Shown: piece after piece, positions 39,511-52,505 of the stretch | Layout: each line of letters opens with the position of its first letter | Position numbering within the stretch: the first letter of the stretch is position 1 | Source: the human T2T-CHM13v2.0 reference genome, Homo sapiens | Reading direction: 5' to 3' | Assembly: GCA_009914755.4 (NCBI GenBank) | Contig: CP068257.2 | Coordinates: 36,128,001-36,192,000, forward strand | Length of the DNA: 64,000 nucleotides | Position numbers and translations under genes: made by a program | The notes under the pieces: model-generated | Database searches by the model: none | Seen by the model: the letters and a program-made list of their open reading frames with translations, nothing else | Told to the model about the DNA's origin: nothing

Positions 39511-41152
39511 ACAGCTGTGTCCCATTGAGTCCACCTCTTTGTGGCATTTAAGCCCCTCAACATGCACTCCCTCCCTTTCCTGTGGTCTCTCATGCTCCCA
39601 TCCATGCACCATAAACTCTTCTCACTACTCACTCAATAGGGCACCGATTTTTCCAAACTGTGTGCCCGGCTGCACGAGTCTTGCTGGCTTTTTATGACCC
39701 TCTACCCTGGAGCCATCTCTCCCAGCCCCACAAGTTAAAGTCCCACCCCAGGCTAAGGCCTGGTTGCAAGACTGCTTTGTCCAAAGGCCTTTCCCTGCCC
39801 TCAGCCAGACCGAGCCTTCTGCCTTGGAGGCTGGAGTAAGCTGGGTGTCACAAAGCCATGAGCAGTGGGTTGTACATTGTCCCCACAAAGTTCATGTCCA
39901 CCTAGAACCTCAGAATATGAACTTATTTGGAAATACGGTCTTTGCACATGTTATAGGTATTTGATTTCACACCTGTCTCCCAGGACAGATACCTCAACCT
40001 GGATAGCATGGGGCCTTTCCTAGCTCCCAGCACCCCATGAGCTTGCAAACTGTCACACTGCACTGAGTCGAAGTGAATGTCCCCAGGCAGCTCTCTCTTA
40101 CCACCCCTCTGCTTGGGGGCCCAGCGGCTGGGTCTGTGTTTCACATCATAGAGTCTGTGCCTGCCTGGCTCCTGGGATGTGTGAATTGCTGGCAGAGCAA
40201 CGTTAGAATTCCTAACAAGCACCCCGGTTTCTCCATCTGCTTGTTATGACTTGTCTCTTAGAAATGCTCTCAGGATTCTCATAAAATGGTTCTTCCAGGA
40301 GAATTTAATATTTTCCTCCAGAATCTGTTTGTCAGCTCTTTGGAGCCTCACCCCTCAAGGGTACAGGTGGCTCCGAGCACAATTTGGAGAATGTCACAGA
40401 GATTCATCTCCTAAGAGCCCCCAGACTCGTGTCTGCCTGCTTTTGAGAGCAAGTGTTTTAAGTAGAACTAGAGGAGCAGAGGAGGGACCTCAGGTCACTG
40501 CAGAGCCTCGGGAGCTGCACAACAGCTGACAGGAGTGGATTCACTTGTGAACAATGTTGCCTGAGATTCCAACAGTCTCCTGGGAGTTTCAGAGACATTT
40601 GTGGAGGCTGAGATCCAGCATGGGCCCATGAGGATGAGAACCTGAGGCTTCAGGTTATCACTGTTAATGTGACTTTTTGTGCCCAAGAAGTGGGAGGACC
40701 AGGAAAACTTCCACAAGTGAGTTCTGAGAATTATAAAAGATGTTCAAAACTCATTTAAAAGAAGATTTTAGACAAGCACTGCTTAAGCTGAGGAAAAACC
40801 ACCTTGTCTGTAAGTAAACCACGTGGCAGTTTCCAAAGGCTCACCGTGATCCTCTTATCACTGACAGGCATCCATGTCTTAATGCCTGGGAATGACATAC
40901 ATGGAAACTGTATTCTCAGTGTGTTGGGTTTTCATCATTGTTACATGCTGTTGATATGTCATTAGCACAGAATAACAAGTGCATTAGTCAGGATGCACTA
41001 TTAGCAAGTAATAGTATCCTTCATTGAGTGTCCATTCTCTGAGACAATGCACAAATGCATTATCAATATTATTTCTTCTAATCTCCAAAACAAGTCTTTG
41101 AGGAAGGTTTATCCATTGCACAGGTGCAGAAACTGGGGGTCAGAAAAGTAGT

Positions 41153-41505
41153 GCCATGGTCTGAATGCCTGTGTCCTTCCCCCAATTCGCACATTGAAAT
41201 CGTCATCCACAAGGTGATGGTACTAGGAGGTAGAGCCAGAGATTATTGGATCATGAGATTGGAGCCTAATGAATGAGATTAGTGCCTTTATAAGATAGGC
41301 TCAAGGGAGCTTGCTTACCTCTTCTACCATTTGAGGACACAGTGGGAAGATGCTATCTCTGAGTAAGAGAGGTGGCCCTTTCCAGGGACAGAATCTGCCT
41401 TGATCTTGGACTTCGGAGCCTCCAGAGCTGTGAGAAATAAATCTGTGGTTTATCCGTCCCCCAGTCTAAAATATTTTGTTATGGCAGCCTGATTGGGCAA
41501 AGGCC
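41153..41505 (+). mobile_element. MaLR solo LTR (MLT1/MST-like)
   Basis: 'gccatggtctgaatgcctgtgtccttcccccaattcgcacattgaaatcgtcatccacaaggtgatggtactaggaggtagagccagagattattggatcatgag...cttgatcttggacttcggagcctccagagctgtgagaaataaatctgtggtttatc...tattttgttatggcagcc'. The preceding ~90 bp resemble a MIR core. Confidence 0.5.
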
Positions 41506-44500
41506 TGATGAGGCCTGATCTGGTCCTACAACTCTTTACAGCCTAGCCCTCCAAGTGGTCAATATTAATCAGATGAAGTTGGTGTTGACACAGAACATGA
41601 AGCCTCTTTGCCCTCCTGGTGATATGATGCTTCCTGTCTTGGTGATAGGATGCTGACCCACTGGCTACTTAAACTAGAAATATGAGCTTCCACAGGGAGG
41701 AAGGGTTGGGGCAGAGGGTATTCTAGAAATGTGCTCAGAACTCAGGTGGACCAAGTGACAGAGGTTGGCACTTGAACCCCATGTGCTTCTTCCTGTTGGG
41801 GCATCCACTTGGGGATCCCAAGACAGATGAGTAGGCCCCTCCTCTTGGATATGCCACCTACAAATTCCATGAATGTGGCTTAGAATGGAGAAGACTGTCA
41901 GAGGCCATCTCCTTTCAGAAGAAAATAAGGTGCCTCTGGACACTGTCGTGTGCCCCACAATTCAGCTGAACAATAGGCCAACAGTCATGAGTGCAGCTAC
42001 CCCGATTGGTGGCCTCAAAGACTATATGCAACAAATGGTTCCACTTTTCTGCTCTCATCTCTGCCTGGCTAAGGCCACCTGTTGTTCTAGCATGGAGGAA
42101 AGAGACTGAGTCTTACAGCGAGATTCAGCAGAGATTGGCTCTTGAATTTGCTACTTACTAACACCATGGCCCTAGACATCTTATCTAATTTCTCTGAGTC
42201 ATGGTATCTTCATTTTAAAATGGGGCCGTTGTGAGGATTATACCTGACCAGATACATAAAGTTCCTAACACAGATCTTGGCAGAAAATAGGGACTCAGTA
42301 AACCATGGCTTCAAGTTTTAGCTATGATTGTTTAGAGTTACTTTCTCTGTGTCTATATTCTATTTTTCCAGCAGACAATAAATTCCTTTAAAGCCAGGCA
42401 CTCCTCTGAGCCCCTCACAGAGATTGCTTTGCACATAGTAGGACCTAATAAACACATTCCCCAAATCAGAGTTGATGTTATTCATTTTTACTTTTGGTCT
42501 CAGTTGACCTGGATTCTGTTCTCTTTTGTCCTCTGAATTCAGGCCAGCATCTCAGAAAATAGTTTAAAAAAAACAACAAATGAGCAGGGGGTTAGAAATT
42601 TGACATCTCCCGTAGACTGTGAAACTAATTTGACATCTCACATAGTCTGTGAAACTGATTGACTAGAGCTGTATAAAAACTTGCCTGGAAAACTTCTTAG
42701 GAAGAGCTGAGACTTGAAGGAACTGGGGGTAGAGGGGGCTGAATAGTATAACAGCTTCATGTTCCTCAAGGAGCTCTACATCCCTGGACACACAGTGATG
42801 CCCCATGACACCTTTTGGGAGGCTGGCCAGGGGTCATACTCACTCTTCTTTTAATGGGGATCTCATAATACATGCTGACTGTTTTTACAGTGGGGCACGT
42901 CAAAGAAAGGCAAGAAACCTTATTTTCTTCTGAAAGGAGATGACCTTTGACAGTCTTCTACATTCTAAGCCACATTCATGGAATTTGAAAGTGGCATATC
43001 TGAGGATGGGTCTGCCAATCTGCCTTGGGATCCCCAAGGACATGAATGTATTTGTTTGGGAACTTGAAGTGAATTTCAATGGACACAGTCATGCTGGGAA
43101 AAAACAGACAAGGTGCTGACTAATGCCATGGGAATCTAATACTGATTACTTTTGAAAGCACAAGGGAATGGGCCTACAAAAAAGTCAGTATACAAATCTG
43201 AAATGGAGTTAGAAAGAACTGGAAAAGGAAGTATGAGAAATATTAATTAAAGTTACAAGTTTGAGACTAGTCATGGAAAGGTCAGAAATGTTTTCTTTAA
43301 GGTCATGGTTCCATCAGTAGTGACTTTAATTAATAATAATAGGGTTGGAGAACCTCTACCCTTATCCCTGCACCATTACCATCTCAGATAGGAAGATATC
43401 TTCTTTAAGGTCATGGACAGAAAGCTAATGGGATTATGATCTGGCTTTCATATTTTTCAAGTACCTATTGTGTGCAAAAACCAGAATTTGAGAAGGAAGA
43501 TCTGTTATTGCTGAAGGCATTTGCTCATGGAGTTTTAATACCAGTCAGTGGTTATTGATCACATAATGAAGCAGTTCATGGATTTCTAGTTTTCCTCCAG
43601 AGTTCTGCATTACTTTTAGACAAATTATATTCTTCAAAGTACTTGTCATTCTTGCCTTGATGAAAGGTGAATCTATGAAGATTTAACAGAATTTGGGCCC
43701 AATTCCAGTAGCTAGCCATGGAACATGGAGCTTCTTTTTGATCTTTTTGATATAGTGTATGATGTTCCCTCTAATTTTCTTTGGGAGTGGTTACTAATAT
43801 AAATCAATAAAATACTGATTATAATGTCCTTCTTATTCGTCCCCCCACATTTGCTCAGCATACTTCCTATAATTTGACCAATGTGCCTGTGAAAGATTGT
43901 AAAAATGGCCACAATGCTCTTATACCACTCTTCATATTTATGACCTGTGCAATGTGGCTTTACAGATGTGTTCAATAAGAGACAGTTCTGTTTCCCCATC
44001 CCTTGGATCTGAGCTGACATTGTGATTTTCTTTGGCCAGCAGAGTGTGGCAGAAGTGAAAAAGGAAGGTGTGTCAGTTCTTTTCCTTTCTGAGAAATCTG
44101 CCCAGGTGCCATGTGTATAAGCCCAGGCTAGCCCATTTGAGGATGAGAGACCACATGGAGCAGAGATAAGCCATCCCAGCCAGCCGCAGCTAGCTTGATC
44201 ACTGACCTAGACGCATGTGTGAGCCCTGCCAAGACTAGAAGAAGAATCGCCAAGAGGAGCCCAGCTCAAACTGCTGACTATTGAATGACTCATTTTTGGG
44301 ATGGTTTGTTATGCAGCAAAAGTAACTAACAGTACCTAAGAGTGGTTTTCTGTTCTCTATCAAGAGCCCCCTTTAGGAAAAAAATGACCGGTATTGTAGA
44401 GTCATCATCGAAAAGATTGAAGCTTCTTCTGGAAGTTTATTATTTCACTACTCTCAAGACTCTTTTCCACAGTCTCCTCTCTCTTACTTCCAAGTCTTCC

Positions 44501-44654
44501 TTGCAGCTAGGCATGGTCATGGAATGTAAGTGGAAGTTGGTCAAAAAATTCTTCTTGAAAAAGGGACATGTATTTTTTTGTACTCTTTTTCTCCTTCTTC
44601 CTACTAGAGATGCAATTCCTGGACCACACAATGCCTTTACACCCTATTTATGGA

Positions 44655-45016
44655 GTGAATTGTGTTCCCCCACATTTACATGTTCAAGACTCAACCCCCA
44701 GTGTGACTGTACTTGGACATAGAGCTTTTAGGAGGTAACTAAGGTCAAATGAAGTCATACGGGTGGGGTCTTAATCCAACGAAATTGGTGGCCTTATAAG
44801 AAGTAGAGAGATCTCTTTTAGGAAAGGCCATGTGAGCATGTAGCAAGAAGGTGGCCATCTGCAAGCTAGAGAGAGAGAGCCCTCATCAGAACCTGACTAT
44901 GCTGGCACCATGATCTTGGACTTCCAGCCCCTAGAATTGTGAGAGAATAGATTTCTGTTGTTGAAATGACCCAGGCTATGGTATTTTGTCATGGAAACCT
45001 GAGCAGACTAATACAC
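44655..45016 (+). mobile_element. MaLR solo LTR (MLT1/MST-like)
   Basis: 'gtgaattgtgttcccccacatttacatgttcaagactcaacccccagtgtgactgtacttggacatagagcttttaggaggtaactaaggtcaaatgaagtcatacgggtggggtcttaatcc...catgatcttggacttccagcccctagaattgtgagagaatagatttctgttgttgaaatgacccaggctatggtattttgtcatggaaacctgagcagactaatacac'. Confidence 0.5.
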
Positions 45017-45884
45017 CCTCTGAGATGACACACTTGAGGATGAAAGGTTAACTTGTTAAGGTTAGCATAGATGAGAGAAAGAGTCTAGGTCTTCGACGGC
45101 ATCCTTGCACAGCTGAATCAATACCAATCACTTCTACCACCAAGTTTACATTGCATGGAAAGCATACTCCTCCCTGTGGTTTAGTGCGCTGTCGACCAGT
45201 GTCTCTATTACTTGCAGCAGAAAGTCCTCCTAAGTCATGCAGATAGATATAATTCTCCTCTAGGTGAGAACTTTAGGTGTCTTAGGCCCCTTTGGACACA
45301 TATGCATTAGTCTGTGGTTTGAGTGGAAGGTCAGTGGCTCTATACACTTGATAGCACTTGTGACTTCAAAGGCCGCTACATACCCAGGTGTGTGAGTGAT
45401 AGAGTTGGGGGAAGAGCCAGAGATCTATGCAGGATGGGGAAGGATCATCGCGAACTTCCAATGAGTTTGGGATAAAGTAAGGTCTAGTCTCAGCTCTGAC
45501 CAGTCTAGTCTGTCTTTGATGGGTCAGACTCAAGTGGTCCACAGAACTCATCCCTTCAAGGCTAAATGTTACATTCCATGTTTAAAGACTCTGTTGCATT
45601 TGAAGTCAGCATCAATCTTAGTGCTTTTTGGGGCACAGGGTTGCAACACTTTGAATTGTGACTAGGAGATATGTTTTCTTCAGCTTTGGCTGCATCAAGG
45701 AGAAGATACAAATTTCTTAGATGCGGATCAAAGGAAGATGAAAAGGAAATGGAAAAAGCAGGCAGTAGGGGGGCATCTGTCTGTCGTTTACCACCACACA
45801 AAACTAAAAACCAACAATAACTAGCATTTATTATTGCCCTCTTTTTGCCAGGCAGCAATACCGAATACTTCCCATGAATTGTCT

Positions 45885-46075
45885 TATTTAGTTCTCAAAA
45901 TAACCCTATGTTCCAGGCACCATTATTATCCCCATTTCATAGATAAGGAACCTGAGGTTTAGAGAAATTAAATAACCTTGCTTAAAGTTTCACAGGCCTC
46001 AGTGGGGGCAGAGTCAGGATTAAAAGGCCAAGTGCCTTCACTCTGCGTAGGTTTTTATAACAAAACCAATCGATT
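45885..46075 (-). mobile_element. MIR SINE
   Basis: 'ccattattatccccatttcatagataaggaacctgaggtttagagaaattaaataaccttgcttaaagtttcacaggcctcagtgggggcagagtcaggattaaaaggcc' matches the antisense MIR core and left half. Confidence 0.45.
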
Positions 46076-47215
46076 TAGAACCAGTGTGGATTTCTGCTAC
46101 CTGTAGGGGACCTATATGTGACTAAGGGACTGTGACTATAGTCTCTGCAAAATGCAAGAGTGATATCTTGCCAGAGAATGTCTTCATTTCTGCTCCTCTT
46201 TTGCAAGGATTTGGAGAAAACTTTGTAAACAGGACTGAAACAGTAAAGCTAATCACATCACAATCACATGCCCACCGTCCCAAAGGATCATACTGGTGTT
46301 TGCTAATGGGAATCCTCCCTGTTCAAAGTTTAATACCTCATCCAAGGGCTCCACAATTACATTTCCATTACTTCCCACTGTTTATCACAGTTGGATTGCA
46401 AAAGCCAATTTACGTTGTGATTTCTCCTCTGCTAGATCTTTACCATCTATTTTTAAATTTGTCTCACAATCCAGCTGGGCGCTTCATCCCAAAGTGTTGG
46501 CTCCATGGTGCTGTTGGAACATTGGCCCTGGGAGGGACCTTGTCCTCCAGCCACACCGTGTCTGCTGGACCAGGCATGAGGTCATGGGAGGACCTGCGTC
46601 CTTGAATACGTCTCCAGCTCCTTCTCTCTCCTCTGGGGCAGTTTCTGATTAACCTTACATTTGGGGGCATTTAATAAAATAGATTTCCTTGTGTATTGTA
46701 AAAAGAAGAAAAATGATAGTGTTACTCTTGAAGGTCTCTGACCTGGGGTTTGTGAACCAGATTCACCCTGAGGAAAGAAAAGCACTTTCATCATCTGACT
46801 ATCCCCCGTCACAGTTCTTGTGGTCCATGCAGGGGTGACCTGCACATTGAGCTGGGGCCAGGTTTGCCGGGGCTCTGGGAGAACAAGCACATTGTCCCCT
46901 GACAAGAGGAAAGAAAGGTTTCAAGAGCCCCTTTAGAGATGGGAGGGCAGCCTGGGTCAGCAATATTTTTGTTGGCACAATCTTAGTTCTAATAAAAGAA
47001 GGAACCAGCGTACATAAAAGAAAATATAATTCTAGAATGATTTTGACCATAGCTGTCTGATATTTGAAGAGGTTTTCTTGACGGGAGATTTTATTGGCCA
47101 CCTGTCTTCCTTTCTAATAGTTCTCTAAGGTGGCAGGTGAATAAAATATGCCTGCCAGCATTGCTTTCCTAATCTGTTGGCAAAGATTGATTTTTTTTTT
47201 AGCCTGCTTTAAAAA

Positions 47216-47400
47216 TGTTCTTTTTTATTGATGCATAATAGATGTACATAGTTTCAGGGCACATGTGATAATTTAATGCATTCATATAATTTGTAAAGAT
47301 CAAATCAGCGTACTTGGAATATCCATCACCATAAATATTTGTCTTTTCTTGATGCTAGAACTGTTCCAATTCTTCTCTTCTAGCGATAAAAATGTTGTTA
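47216..47400 (+). mobile_element. Possible ancient L1 (L1M-like) fragment
   Basis: 'ttttttattgatgcataatagatgtacatagtttcagggcacatgtgataatttaatgcattcatataatttgtaaagatcaaatcagcgtacttggaatatccatcaccataaatatttg' follows the pattern of a widespread ancient LINE-derived repeat ('tttttattgaggtataattgacatacaataaactgcacatatttaaagtgtacaatttgat...atatccatcacccc'). The assignment is uncertain. Confidence 0.25.
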
Positions 47401-48916
47401 TATCCTCCCACCTTATTTCCTTCAAACGAATTGAGCAGGGTTTTTAAATTGATATTGGAGAGATGTGACTTTCTCCATCAGCGGTCCAGTTGTAATGTGG
47501 TCTATTTAATTGCTAACGAATACACAGAGGTGCACATTCTCCTGGGCCAGTAGGTTTATCAGAAGACAGAATAAGAGAAAGAAAGTGAAGAAATACTTCA
47601 GCCCATGGGCTGCAAATGCTTGTGCATCAGCTGCAACCCTCCTATCTGCTGCTTTGTGGTCAGTTAGTGGTGTTTTGGCACAAGCTTCAAGTCTCCAGCA
47701 AACCCTGCCCATCTCTAGTTCAGTGGATCTCAGTTCATATGCTGGCTGGGCCACTAGCTGCCCAAATCAATCACTACACTAATTATTTTTGTTTCCTTTA
47801 AACTCAGTTCCCCTCTCTGCATTTATTTCTGTGGCCGACTGTGAAAAGCACAATCTCTCTCTTTGCCCATTTCCTTGAAGATCAGGATGTTTAAAATTTT
47901 CCAGCAACAAAGCAAAACTTTATGCAATATTATGGGAAAAGCACAGATTCTAGAGTCCAGTAGGGTAGGAGAGGAAGTAGAGGGAGCAAGTGGCTGAGAT
48001 TTATTGAGCAACTACTATATGCTAAGGGTTGTATGCTTATTGTCTCATCCACTCCTCATAGTAGGCTTAGTTTACATTGGCATTGTTTTGAATAAGGAGC
48101 GGGAGTCTCAGCCAGGGTAAGTCACTTCCCCAATATCACACAGTGAGTCTAGGGAGCAGATCTCTGTGACGAGATCTGCCCATTTTAATCAAGGGGCGTT
48201 TTCCAGTAAAGATTACAGGACAGAAGGCACACAAAAGCACACTGGTAAGCTCGGAAGCACTTCATGAGAGTTAGTTGCTGTTGCTTGCTACGTGTACATT
48301 CTGTTGGTTCCTGGAAGTTCTGCTACTTCCACTACATAGATTGGTCAAGGCCCTGTGTTGTGTGAGGCTTGGTCACAAGGTGAGTCAGTAAGCCATGAGG
48401 CCCCTCCTCTAAAGATGTACCAGCTAAGGGTGCTCCGGGGGGACTCTGATCCTAGGGCTTGTCAACTCCATGTTGAGACCTCATCAGAACCTGTATAAAG
48501 TCATTCTCTCTGTGTATCAGGATAGGATGGCCTAACCCTGATGAAGCTGGAAGGAATTTAGAGTTAGAAAATCTTCATGGTTGAAGTGTTATTTCTAGAA
48601 TGTTCCGTATCCATTAAATAACAGCTCTGTCTTTTTGAAAGGCTGACTTCTCATGGCTTGTCAGACAAAGCAGGTTATTTCATTTACATATGGAGGGATG
48701 GTGCAGGTTGTGAGTGGGTGTTAATACAACCAGAGGGCCCACACTATGAAGACAACCAGACCTGTGACACCATGAGTCACCTCTCTCCCCCAAAACCCTT
48801 CAGCCTTCGGCTGAGATGCCTTTGGTGGCACAGGCAGACACAACGGAATTAAAAGTCATCCCTTTCTTGGCACATCTGTTCTGGATCAAAAGGCATGGTT
48901 AAAGAGTGAGAGCTAT

Positions 48917-49000
48917 TGTGAACCAAGATAGCGCCACTGCAGTCTGGCCTGGGTGAAAGAGCGAGACTCCATCTCAAAAAAAAAAAAAAAAAAAAAAAAA
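48917..49000 (+). mobile_element. Severely 5'-truncated Alu: last ~55 bp plus a 26-nt poly-A
   Basis: 'tgtgaaccaagatagcgccactgcagtctggcctgggtgaaagagcgagactccatctc' followed by a 26-nt poly-A matches the Alu 3' end 'gcagtgagccgagatcgcgccactgcactccagcctgggcgacagagcgagactccgtctc'. A perfect 16-bp TSD 'aaagagtgagagctat' lies at 48901-48916 and ~48999-49014. Confidence 0.8.
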
Positions 49001-49744
49001 AGAGTGAGAGCTATCAAGCCTCTAAGGCTCCCTAAATGCCAGTCTCTCTATTAAACATGTGATGTGTGTTATTATTGCTTTTGGTCCTGGCAAGAATCAT
49101 GCAAGAGTGGTGCTAGTTCCATGGCAATCTGAGGCATAGGGGTGTTAAGCACTTGGCCCATGGTATATATAAAAGCTGGGGCTGAGACTCAGGCTAGTCT
49201 GATTTCAGAGCTTCAGATCTTACACACATGGACACACAGCTTCTGCAAGGGCCGGTGCCTAACTCACCATGTGAAGTGAAAGTTTGCTTAAGTAAGTTAA
49301 TACCATTTGCCTTTACCATAAATGGAAGGCAGGAAATGACACAGGCATGATGAAAGTAAAGGATAATGCATCTATTTTAAAAATGCCATGTAGTTTAGTG
49401 CATTACTTTTCAAACTTTTTTGACAATACCTCACAGTAAGAAATATATTTGTTATTGTGACTCAGTAGAAACACTCACATATATGTGTGTGCACGCATGT
49501 GTGTGTGTGTCTGTGTATGTGTATGGACCCAAACCAAAAGTTTCATGGAAGAGTTCTTTTTTCCTTAACATGTACTCTGCACTGAAAGATTTTCTGTTCC
49601 ATATTTCTCTACTTCACTGTTTTAAAGTGCTGGTTAAATTCATTTCATTTCTCCATCTGTTGGTTGTGACCCTTCATCATACATAGATAGTGGTTAATGG
49701 GGGCCATGTCTCTGGACCAGACTATCTGAATGGGATTTCTAGAT

Positions 49745-49950
49745 CTTCCACTTCTTAGCTGTTTAACCTTGAGACAATTCCTTAACCCCTCATGCCTCAG
49801 TTTCCTCATCTATAAAATGGGCATAATAAAAATAATACCAGTTCAACAAGGTTGTTATGTGAATTAGGTAAAATAAGGTATATGAAGTGCTTAAACCAAA
49901 GACTGGGAAAAGCAAAGACCTCACTAATGTTAGCTGTTAGTTCTTTATCG
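49745..49950 (+). mobile_element. MIR SINE
   Basis: 'cttaacccctcatgcctcagtttcctcatctataaaatgggcataataaaaataataccagttcaacaaggttgttatgtgaattaggtaaaataaggtatatgaagtgcttaaaccaaag' matches the MIR core plus right half. Confidence 0.45.
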
Positions 49951-50034
49951 TTACACATGACTTTCAACAACGTATTTATTTTATTAGGTGAGGCACTCAT
50001 AGCTGCTGTGTAATAACCTTTTAAAAAAATTCTT

Positions 50035-50354
50035 TCTCCAGCAAACTAACACAGGAACAGAGAACCAAACACCACATATTCTCATTCATAAGTGGGAGTT
50101 GAACAATGAGAACACTTGGACACAGGGAGGGGAACATCACATACCGGGGCCTGTCGGGAGTTGGGGGGCAAGGGGAGGGAGAACATTAGGACAAATACCT
50201 AATGCATGTGGGGCTTAAAACCTAGATGATGGGTTGACAGGCAAACCACCATGACACATGTATACCTATGTAACAAACCTGCACGTTCTGCACATGCATC
50301 CTAGAACTTAAAGTAAAATAAAAAAGAAAAAAAATAGAAAAAGAAAAAAAAAAT
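50035..50354 (+). mobile_element. L1 3'-end fragment (extreme end of ORF2 plus 3'UTR and A-rich tail)
   Basis: 'ctccagcaaactaacacaggaacagagaaccaaacaccacatattctcattcataagtgggagttgaacaatgagaacacttggacacagggaggggaacatcacataccggggcctgtcgggag...cattaggacaaatacctaatgcatgtgg...caaaccaccatgacacatgtatacctatgtaacaaacctgcacgttctgcacatgcatcctagaacttaaagtaaaataaaaaag'. Confidence 0.85.
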
Positions 50355-50892
50355 TAAGGCAGTGGGCATCTACGAGAAGAATGCAATTCCGCCCATGAAT
50401 GAGTTAGAGGTCTGGGTAAAGATCATGTAAAACTCCACTTCCCTAGCTCTTAGAGACAGTAAGGCTGGTATGAAGTAGGTAACCAAAAACTTAAAATTCA
50501 AACATTGCTCTACATGTTAGTTTAATGTATATTCATAATACAGATAATAGGTCATCAAGAGAAGGTAAAATTATACTTAGCCTAAACTAAAGAAGTTGAG
50601 GAAACAGAACACATTTTAGAAAAACTTCCATCAGGATAATGAAATGAAACCAAATTGTTGGCGCAGATGGAGGTAAACTTCTGTGTTTTAGAAGATTGAT
50701 TTGTGTGGAGGTGTCCTCCCCAGCATGCCTTCGGGTGATGGAAGGTCACTTACAATGTGTACAGCAGGAGGTGCTGGGGTGAGGAAAATTAGGGCAAGAG
50801 GAGGCTCAGCTAACCCTCAGGCTTCCCTTTTTAAGAAAGATATGGGATTTCCTTGGGTCATGTCCTAAAGAAAGTAAGATTGCCACATAGAG

Positions 50893-51188
50893 GGCTGGAC
50901 ATGGTGGTTCATGGCTGCAATCCTAACACTTTGGAAGGCCGAGGCGGGTGGATCACCTGAGGTCAGGAGTTCGAGGCCAGCCTGGCCAACATGGTGAAAA
51001 CCCGTCTCTACTAAAAATACAAAAATTAGCCGGGCATGGTGGTGGGTGCCTGTAATCCCAGCTACTCGGGAGGCTGAGGCAGGAGAATGGCGAGAACCGG
51101 TTGCAGTGAGCTGAGATCATGCCATTGCACTCCAGCCTGGGCAACAAGAGGGAAACTCCGTCTCAAAAAAAAAAAAACAAAAAAAAAA
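50893..51188 (+). mobile_element. Alu SINE, sense
   Basis: 'ggctggacatggtggttcatggctgcaatcctaacactttggaaggccgaggcgggtggatcacctgaggtcaggagttcgaggccagcctggccaacatggtgaaaacccgtctctactaaaaatacaaaaattagccgggcatggtggtgggtgcctgtaatcccagctactcgggaggctgaggcaggagaatggcg...cactccagcctgggcaacaagag.gaaactccgtctcaaaaaaaaa'. TSD 'tgccacataga' at 50881-50891 and 51190-51200. Confidence 0.9.
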
Positions 51189-51284
51189 ACTGCCACATAG
51201 AATGCAACCACATTTTTTCTGAGGGTTAAAAAAGAAAATAAAGAAAAATAATCTCTTTAGGGCCTCAAGAATGTTTTTGAGGTG

Positions 51285-51400
51285 GTATTATTTTTATTAT
51301 GCCCATCTTACAGATGAGGAAACAGGCATGAGAGGTTAAGGAGTTTTCCTTAGCCACAATCTTGGGCATGAAACCCTGGGATTTCTCCCAGTTTTGATGT
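51285..51400 (-). mobile_element. MIR SINE core fragment
   Basis: 'ttattatgcccatcttacagatgaggaaacaggcatgagaggttaaggagttttccttagccacaatcttggg...' matches the antisense MIR core. Confidence 0.4.
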
Positions 51401-52212
51401 ATTATAATAGAGTCTCATCCTGCCCCTTGCAATTGAGATGTAGAAGAATAATCCGTTCTATGGGAGCCTGAGGGGAAGGGCAGCCATGGAGGACTGGAGT
51501 CTGTTGGGAGAGAGCAGCGCTGTGATCGGCTTCTATGCTCTGGGTTTACATTTGCCGTAGCCCGTGGTTGCATCCAGCGCTTTCTCCCTGCCATTTTTTA
51601 TGGCCCTGCGTGGAGGTGAAAAGGCGAGGACGATGCCAAGATGAATGAGCAAGCCTGAAGTCACTGTTCTCAGCTGGATCAACAGCCTTCGCTCTGCCTG
51701 TTCTTAGGAGCTTGGTGTGTTGGAAACAAAGCGAAATTAGAGTGATATTAAAATAAATGACTCCATTAAAATGGATCAACCCCGTGAGCCCAAGGAAAGA
51801 CTGACTTCATTTTGAAAGCGGCAAAGTGGTTGGTATTTCAGAAGCCTAAGGTGGCAGGTTCCAGGCCAGTAGCCTGACCTGAAGGGTGGCAGATGGGACC
51901 AGGCCCCATTTCATTTGCGAGTTAGTTGGATCTGACTCACTTGTTAGCCTCGGTTTTGTCCTATTTGCAATCAAGTGCTTGGATGAGACTTTTCTGAGGT
52001 CCCTCCTGGTTCTCATACTGAGATTCAGGGTGGTCAGAGTGGGACCCTCCCCTCATTGGACCTCAACTGGGCCTCCTGGAAGACCAACTTCCCAGATGTA
52101 GCCCTGTTACTATAACTTGGGGTCCCTGTGTCCCTGTATTATTTGTCAATACAGTTGCAGTTGGCCTCTCTGGGGTCTCCTTTGAGTGTTTGTGGGCTTT
52201 CTTTCTTTCTTT

Positions 52213-52496
<284 letters not shown>

Positions 52497-52505
52497 CTTT
52501 CTTTC

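Noticed and set aside
46132-46652. Overlapping 157-aa and 118-aa plus-strand ORFs
   Set aside because: No recognisable domains, no splice-site support, and two frames open over the same DNA. These are treated as chance ORFs.
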